DNA from: a virus
Taxonomy: Duplodnaviria > Heunggongvirae > Uroviricota > Caudoviricetes
Length of the DNA stretch: 4,388 nt
IMG/VR virus record: IMGVR_UViG_3300029244_000048
Direction: 5' to 3' (one strand)
The translations under genes and the position numbers were made by a program. Shown one piece after another: positions 1 to 4,388 of the stretch. The notes below the pieces were generated by a model. The model made no database searches and was not told the DNA's origin. It saw only the letters and a list, made by a program, of their open reading frames with translations. Position 1 is the first letter of the stretch, and every line of letters begins with the position of its first letter.

Positions 1-192
1 CACCGCAGGCAGTGACAGGTCAGGAAACTGCACCAGAACAACACCGGCAACCATCGAGACAAAACCACCGAGCAACATGCGCCCGATAAACAGACGCGGG
101 GTGATGGGTTCACCACCGGCAAGCACCTTGCCGACAACAATCAGCACCCCAATCATGAAAAGCGACAGGACGCTTTTTTCTTCTGCTGTCAT
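1..192 (-). CDS. Y: P2-like holin gpY, N-terminal 64 codons only (3' end lies beyond the window start)
   Basis: Minus-strand ATG at 192-190 opens a frame that runs to position 1 with no stop, translating MTAEEKSVLSLFMIGVLIVVGKVLAGGEPITPRLFIGRMLLGGFVSMVAGVVLVQFPDLSLPAV: hydrophobic and membrane-spanning in character, matching my recollection of the P2 gpY holin N-terminus. GGGAG lies 6 nt upstream (203-199). Position directly downstream of gpX fits P2 gene order. Not in the ORF track because it runs off the window edge. Confidence 0.82.
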   Translation of the reverse strand, partial: MTAEEKSVLSLFMIGVLIVVGKVLAGGEPITPRLFIGRMLLGGFVSMVAGVVLVQFPDLSLPAV

Positions 193-195
193 GCG

Positions 196-399
196 TTACT
201 CCCACAGATTGACAGTTTCAGCCACGGGCGCGGTCTGAACGTCGGGCAGTTCGACGGCGGTGCCGTGCGGCAGCACCGCGCCCAGTTCAGCCAGTCCCGG
301 ATTTGCGGCGAGCACGGTTTCAACCACGCCCTCAGTGCGCCCGTAATACCGGACACAAATGGCGTCGAGCGTGTCGCCCTGTAGCGCAAAGGTCTTCAT
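196..399 (-). CDS. X: P2-like tail protein X (gpX), 67 aa
   Basis: Internal ATG at 399-397 of the 196..468 track ORF gives MKTFALQGDTLDAICVRYYGRTEGVVETVLAANPGLAELGAVLPHGTAVELPDVQTAPVAETVNLWE (67 aa), matching remembered P2 gpX in sequence and length. The start overlaps the gpL stop (TGATG). The 23-aa extension in the track ORF lies inside gpL and is not used. Confidence 0.9.
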   Translation of the reverse strand: MKTFALQGDTLDAICVRYYGRTEGVVETVLAANPGLAELGAVLPHGTAVELPDVQTAPVAETVNLWE

Positions 400-908
400 C
401 AGATTTGACTCACGATGCAGCGCGGCTTGTCCTGGATACGCGCCACCGCCCAGCGCATATCCCGCCACAGTTCATCAATGGTGCTGTCAATGCTGTCGGC
501 CTTCTTGTCGCCTTTCGCACTGGCATCCACGCCGCGATAACGCTCATAAAGCGATGCGGTCGCCATCGCACACACGGCGCGCTCGTAGTAAAAAACTTTA
601 ATGCTTTCACCGTCGATGTCGTCCGCCGGGACGTCAGCCAGACGCGTAAAACCGGCGGCAATTTTCTGTTCGCGGTACTCGTACAGCTCCGCATTCGTTT
701 CAGCCATGCCTGACTTGATGGCCTCACGCAGACGGGCGGGGGCGACGGTCTGCTCAAGGCGCATACGTTCCCGGACGCGCTTCGGGTCGATATCGGGAAA
801 AAAGAACGTGTTTTTAATCACCGGCTCGTCGCCTGCCGGTTGCGGGATGACCACCGTACCCTCACCGGACACGGGAGCCTCCTTTCGCGGAATAATCAGC
901 GTCATCAT
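399..908 (-). CDS. L: P2-like head completion/stabilisation protein gpL, 169 aa
   Basis: Translation from the ATG at 908 (MMTLIIPRKEAPVSGEG...RCIVSQI) is 169 aa, matching remembered P2 gpL. GAGG lies 5 nt upstream (917-914). The track ORF start at 968 adds 20 aa with no RBS and is rejected. Stop TGA at 401-399. Confidence 0.92.
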   Translation of the reverse strand: MMTLIIPRKEAPVSGEGTVVIPQPAGDEPVIKNTFFFPDIDPKRVRERMRLEQTVAPARLREAIKSGMAETNAELYEYREQKIAAGFTRLADVPADDIDGESIKVFYYERAVCAMATASLYERYRGVDASAKGDKKADSIDSTIDELWRDMRWAVARIQDKPRCIVSQI

Positions 909-1007
909 GACTACCTCTGAAAAGTCGGGCGGTGGACGCCGGTGCAGTGTCAGGTGATTCACCCTCACTGACCGGCGTGCCGCCCTGGCGCGGGGCGCAT
1001 TCGGTTG

Positions 1008-1751
1008 TTAACTGGCTTTCTTTTTCGGGCGTCCACGTTTTGCCGGTGTCACGCTCCGGGTCTTACGCGGGGTACGGGTGGCCGCTTTGGGCTGCGGCTC
1101 CGGCTTCGGTTTCAGCTCCCGCTCCAGTCGTTCAATCTCTTTTTTGACGCCTGCCTGACAGTCGAGCTGTGTCGCACGTTGCAGGTGAGCCAGCGCACCG
1201 GCGGCATCACCACCATCACGCAGAAACAGACCGGTGATTTTGTGCAGCTTTGCGCGCACTTCATCAGGCATGTCAGCCGTGGCGGTCAGTTCAAGGGTGT
1301 CCGTCAGCAGGCGGGTATCCACAGACTCACCGGCAGCGTGAGCACGCATGGCCGCGAGCGCCACCTCCTCGGTGAACATGTACGGCGGGGTGCGGCGGTG
1401 TTTACCCGGCATGGTCAGACCGTACTTCAGGGCATAACGGGCAATCTCCAGCGCACCGGCAATATCGCCGGTATCCAGACGCCACAGCATGACCGTCATC
1501 AGAATGTCATCCTGTGCACCTTTGCCCTGCTCCAGCACGCCGTTCACCCACGGCAACCAGAACGGCAGCAGTTCGCGTTTTTTTGCGGCCTTCAGCTCTT
1601 TTGAATAAATCGCTTTCAGTGTGCGCTGGTCTGCGGCCAGCTTGACCAGCATCTGCTCATAGACAGTTGCATGTCGCAGCGGGGCGGCTTCCCGCTGCGC
1701 GGTCATCGCTGCCGAGACCCGCATCATGTGGCGCTGTGCGGGACTCGTCAT
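1008..1751 (-). CDS. M: P2-like terminase small (endonuclease) subunit gpM, 247 aa
   Basis: The full 247-aa track ORF (MTSPAQRHMMRVSAAMTAQREAAPLRHATVYEQ...AKRGRPKKKAS) matches remembered P2 gpM in sequence and length, with a basic Lys/Arg/Pro-rich C-terminal tail. GGGAG lies 8 nt upstream (1764-1760). Confidence 0.93.
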   Translation of the reverse strand: MTSPAQRHMMRVSAAMTAQREAAPLRHATVYEQMLVKLAADQRTLKAIYSKELKAAKKRELLPFWLPWVNGVLEQGKGAQDDILMTVMLWRLDTGDIAGALEIARYALKYGLTMPGKHRRTPPYMFTEEVALAAMRAHAAGESVDTRLLTDTLELTATADMPDEVRAKLHKITGLFLRDGGDAAGALAHLQRATQLDCQAGVKKEIERLERELKPKPEPQPKAATRTPRKTRSVTPAKRGRPKKKAS

Positions 1752-1754
1752 CGG

Positions 1755-2814
1755 TTACGCTCCCGGCTCTGCGNNNNNNNNNNNNNNNNNNNNNNNNNNN
1801 NTCCACCAGACAACCGGCGGCGTAGTCTTCCACCACGTAATCAATGTTCATTGACTCGTAGTTCTCCACGCGGTCGAGTTTCGGGTTTTCCACAATCACG
1901 CGGCGATGGCTGTCATCCATGTAGTAGATGGACAGGTTTTCCAGCTTCGTGATGAGCATCGCATCCGCCGGGAAGTACGGGACGCGTACCGCCGGCAGGT
2001 TACCGATGCGTTTCTGGCTGATGATGACGTCAGCGGCCAGCATTTCGCTGTTGTCCTGCTCCTTGTTGACGATGGGGAAATACTTGTCCGCCAGTAGCTG
2101 ACGCCCCACAATCACCACAAGGTCAGGGTCTTCCTGATACCACGGTTCAATCAGGTTGTTGGTCGCATCCATCACCAGTGCATCAAGGCTGGCATAATCA
2201 CCGCCCTTGCCCACGCGGATAACCTCAGAGGTGGTGCGGCCTTCCTCGTCAGTGACCTTGCTCATCACGCGCGCCGGGGCTTCATTGCGGTATTTCTGCA
2301 GCCAGCCGACCGCCACATCCTGCAACATCGGATTGCTGCTGCGGTCAGAGGTTTCAGCACGCTTCACGCCGTTAAAACCGGCCATGATGAAATCAAGGGA
2401 CTGGCGTTTGATAATGGCGTTACGGACACGGAGCTGGAAATCCTGATAACGCGCCCACAGGTCAAGCGTTTTGTAGCGGATATAAAAATCGAAGTTAATC
2501 TGGTCGCATTCGTACTTGTTTGACGCCAGCTTCGAGAAGTCCTTCGGCTGACGCTCGGTGCCACCGGCGGTGTCGGTGGTGCTGGCGATGGAGCCGGTGA
2601 CACCAATACCAATTTTTTCCCCTTTCATTTCGCTGACCGGCACAATGTTGATGTGGGTCAGAAAGTCAGAGGACTCCTGCATGGTGTTCATCAGGGTCTG
2701 GGTGACCGACGGTTCAACGGTGAATTTTTTCGACACATCACCGGCGTCGATGCCGTTCAGTTCGGCAACACGGGACAGGTAAGCATTAAATTTAAAGCGG
2801 GTTTCCTGGCGCAT
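1755..2814 (-). CDS. N: P2-like major capsid protein gpN; 3' end interrupted by the N-run, so the end coordinate is inferred
   Basis: Translation from ATG 2814 (MRQETRFKFNAYLSRVAELNGIDAGDVSKKF...NIDYVVEDYAAGCLV) matches remembered P2 gpN for about 337 residues until the N-run at 1801. After the gap the sequence reads ..AEPGA then TAA (1757-1755) in a frame offset by 1 from the pre-gap frame, which fits my recollection of the gpN C-terminus (...AEPGA). The proposed end is therefore that TAA, not the track ORF end at 1657. AGGA lies 8 nt upstream of the ATG. Confidence 0.88.
1774..1801. other. Assembly gap or masked bases (28 N) at the gpN/gpM junction
   Basis: 28 consecutive n characters. The flanking frames do not join across it, so its length is probably arbitrary rather than true. 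Confidence 0.95.
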
Positions 2815-2872
2815 AGTTTTTCCTGAAATTAAGGGTTAATCGTGAAGGTTTTCCCGGACTGACTGACGCCGG

Positions 2873-3727
2873 TCAGCAGTTCGTCATCAGGGCGTCACCG
2901 CCACCACCGGTGGCCTTGCTGCGGCGCTGCTGGGTCAGACTTTCGGTGTGGTCGAGACTGTTTTTCAGGCGGGTGAATGCCTGGCTGGTTTCATCCGCCC
3001 TGTCAGTCACCTCCTGCTTAAGTGCGGAAAAGGCGGTTTCCATCTCAGCGAGGCGCTGCTCAGTGGCGCTCAGTTTTTCCTGCACATGTTCAGCAACAGC
3101 GGTCACCGCTTCATGCACATCATTCAGGCGGGCATCATCGCTGGCCTGTTTGCGGCCAAAAATGGACTTCACCTTTTCAGTCAGGGCGGTGAACACGGTT
3201 TCAGGCAGGTCTTCAAATTCCAGCTCAACAGGCGTTGCCACTGAAATCAGGTTTTCAGGGCTTAATTTGAAGCGGTTCAGGGGGTTGTGTTTTGCCGTGC
3301 GGCAGAATTCCAGGTATTCCGTGCCGAGGCTTGCCGGGTCATCGGTGACGGCCAGACCCACCAGATAACATTTGCCGGTGTTGGCAAAGTTCGGCTGAAT
3401 TTCCATTGAGGTGTAGACCTTCTGCGCGGCCTTGTTCATCGCGATAAGGTCATCGGTCGGGGTGATTTTTGCAAACAACGCCCATTTGCCTTTCAGCGCC
3501 GAATCATCGTCAATCTTTTCGGCCTTCAGTTCGGCCACATCGCCATAACGTTTAAAAATACCGTCAGGCAGGATGCCGCGCAGATGTTCCAGGTTAATAC
3601 GGCAACCATAGACTCGCGGGTCAAAGGTTTCGGCCATTTCCTGAATATCCTGCGCACTGATGACACGCCCGTCACAGGTGTCACCCTCAACGCCGATACG
3701 AAAGAATTTTGAGACTTTTTTTGCCAT
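2873..3727 (-). CDS. O: P2-like capsid scaffolding protein / maturation serine protease gpO, 284 aa
   Basis: Translation from the internal ATG at 3727 (MAKKVSKFFRIGVEGDTCDGRVISAQDIQ...GGGGDALMTNC) is 284 aa, matching remembered P2 gpO. Asp19 (3673-3671), His48 (3586-3584) and Ser107 (3409-3407) sit where I recall the gpO protease catalytic triad. The track ORF start at 3793 adds 22 aa into the divergent promoter region and is rejected. Confidence 0.93.
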   Translation of the reverse strand: MAKKVSKFFRIGVEGDTCDGRVISAQDIQEMAETFDPRVYGCRINLEHLRGILPDGIFKRYGDVAELKAEKIDDDSALKGKWALFAKITPTDDLIAMNKAAQKVYTSMEIQPNFANTGKCYLVGLAVTDDPASLGTEYLEFCRTAKHNPLNRFKLSPENLISVATPVELEFEDLPETVFTALTEKVKSIFGRKQASDDARLNDVHEAVTAVAEHVQEKLSATEQRLAEMETAFSALKQEVTDRADETSQAFTRLKNSLDHTESLTQQRRSKATGGGGDALMTNC

Positions 3728-3900
3728 TGTCAGGAGTCCTGAATAGTGATTAGAGGAGTCACATGTCGGCATCAGTTTCCCGACGATGCGCATCCTCCGC
3801 CATCAGTCCCGGATGGCTTATCACTGACACAACAGCACCTTAGCGAATCGCGGGGCGCGACTCAGTAGCCTTGCCGTGTATTCATCACGGCGAGGTATTC
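3728..3900. promoter_or_regulatory. Divergent intergenic region between gpO (minus) and gpP (plus); expected site of the divergent late promoters (P_O and P_P equivalents)
   Basis: 173-bp non-coding gap between two divergently oriented late genes. It contains three perfect dyads: CAGGAGTCCTG (3731-3741), GTCGG-N10-CCGAC (3765-3784) and CCGTG-N7-CACGG (3874-3890). GAGG at 3892-3895 is the gpP RBS. Promoter positions themselves are not determinable from sequence alone. Confidence 0.45.
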
Positions 3901-4311
3901 ATGACCATCACCACAGACACCACTCTTTTACACGACCCGCGTCGTCAGGCGGCGCTGCTGTACTGGCAGGGGTTTTCCGTGCCGCAGATTGCCGCCATGT
4001 TGCAGATGAAACGCCCGACGGTGCAGAGCTGGAAACAGCGCGACGGCTGGGACAGCGTTGCCCCCATCAGCCGTGTCGAAATGAGTCTGGAAGCGCGGCT
4101 GACCCAGCTCATCATCAAACCGCAGAAAACCGGCGGTGACTTCAAGGAAATTGACCTGCTGGGACGCCAGATTGAACGACTGGCACGGGTCAACCGTTAC
4201 AGTCAGACCGGCAACGAGGCAGACCTTAATCCGAACGTCGCTAACCGCAACAAAGGCGGGCGGCGCAAACCGAAAAAGAATTTTTTCAGTGACGAGGCTA
4301 TCGAAAAGCTG
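3901..4311 (+). pseudogene. P: Terminase large (ATPase) subunit gpP, first 137 codons only, cut by IS1 insertion
   Basis: ATG at 3901 with GAGG 5 nt upstream. Translation MTITTDTTLLHDPRRQAALLYWQGFSVPQIAAMLQMKRPTVQSWKQRDGWDSVAPISRVEMSLEARLTQLIIKPQKTGGDFKEIDLLGRQIERLARVNRYSQTGNEADLNPNVANRNKGGRRKPKKNFFSDEAIEKL matches the remembered N-terminus of P2 gpP (about 590 aa in full). From 4312 the frame continues into IS1 sequence. Confidence 0.87.
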
Positions 4312-4388
4312 GGTAATGACTCCAACTTATTGATAGTGTTTTATGTTCAGATAATGCCCGATGACTTTGTCATGCAGCTCCACCGATT
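4312..4388 (-). mobile_element. IS1 insertion sequence, right end (IRR plus insB 3' end), extending beyond the window; IS1 genes are on the minus strand
   Basis: 4312-4388 is the reverse complement of the remembered IS1 right terminus (...AATCGGTGGAGCTGCATGACAAAGTCATCGGGCATTATCTGAACATAAAACACTATCAATAAGTTGGAGTCATTACC), including the terminal inverted repeat GGTAATGACTCCAACTTATTGAT. GC content drops abruptly at 4312. Confidence 0.9.
4327..4388 (-). CDS. insB: IS1 transposase InsB (InsAB') C-terminal fragment, 5' end beyond the window
   Basis: Minus-strand translation ends ...SVELHDKVIGHYLNIKHYQ with stop TAA at 4329-4327, matching the remembered IS1 InsB C-terminus; the stop lies 15 nt inside the IS1 terminus. 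Confidence 0.85.
   Translation of the reverse strand, partial: SVELHDKVIGHYLNIKHYQ

Noticed and set aside
189-757. Minus-strand alternative-frame ORFs at 189..389 and 410..757
   Set aside because: Same strand as gpX and gpL but in other frames, with proline/arginine-rich low-complexity translations; they overlap the real genes.
1005-1604. 199-aa plus-strand ORF, and similar plus-strand ORFs at 303..713, 359..601, 601..957, 932..1147, 1671..1952, 1906..2097, 2207..2446, 2558..2782, 2910..3368 and 2948..3244
   Set aside because: All lie antisense to strongly supported phage genes (gpX, gpL, gpM, gpN, gpO). They are low-complexity and Arg/Ser/Cys-rich with no RBS, which is typical of spurious open frames opposite GC-rich coding sequence.
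1657-2814. 385-aa form of gpN reading through the N-run
   Set aside because: Depends on 10 codons of N and would overlap gpM by about 95 nt. The post-gap frame ending ..AEPGA then TAA at 1757-1755 is the plausible terminus.
2851-2884. Hairpin CTGAC-GCCG-GTCAG spanning the gpO stop codon
   Set aside because: Only 5 bp of stem and no following U-run; it lies within or abutting coding sequence and is probably coincidental.
3728-3793. N-terminal extensions of track ORFs: gpO from 3793, gpL from 968, gpX from 468
   Set aside because: Internal ATGs with Shine-Dalgarno sequences give products of the expected P2 lengths (284, 169, 67 aa). The extensions run into upstream genes or the promoter region.
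3876-4139. 87-aa plus ORF (MYSSRRGIHDHHHRHH...), 65-aa plus ORF at 4136..4333, and 82-aa minus ORF at 3945..4193
   Set aside because: Out of frame with or antisense to the gpP reading frame that starts at 3901 and has a clear RBS and P2 terminase-like translation. The 4136..4333 ORF only appears to end because it runs into IS1.
1-4388. A novel defence or accessory system, CRISPR array, tRNA or other RNA gene
   Set aside because: Nothing of that kind is visible. Every segment is accounted for by conserved P2-like morphogenesis and packaging genes, the IS1 end, and short intergenic regions. Known P2 accessory hotspots lie elsewhere in the genome, not in the Y-X-L-M-N-O-P block.

Overview
This window is the head-morphogenesis and DNA-packaging core of a P2-like (Peduovirus-type) prophage, recognised by reading the ORF translations against remembered P2 proteins; no search was run. 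On the minus strand, in order of transcription, lie gpO (scaffold/protease), gpN (major capsid), gpM (terminase small/endonuclease subunit), gpL (head completion), gpX (tail protein X) and the 5' part of gpY (holin). The terminase large-subunit gene gpP starts divergently on the plus strand at 3901 and is cut after codon 137 by the right end of an IS1 element (4312 to window end), so the prophage is probably packaging-defective. A 28-nt run of N (1774-1801) hides the 3' end of gpN and creates an artefactual read-through ORF. I see no CRISPR array, tRNA, or candidate defence or other accessory system: this is conserved structural core, and the only accessory-type event is the IS1 insertion. The many plus-strand ORFs opposite the phage genes are antisense artefacts of GC-rich coding DNA.
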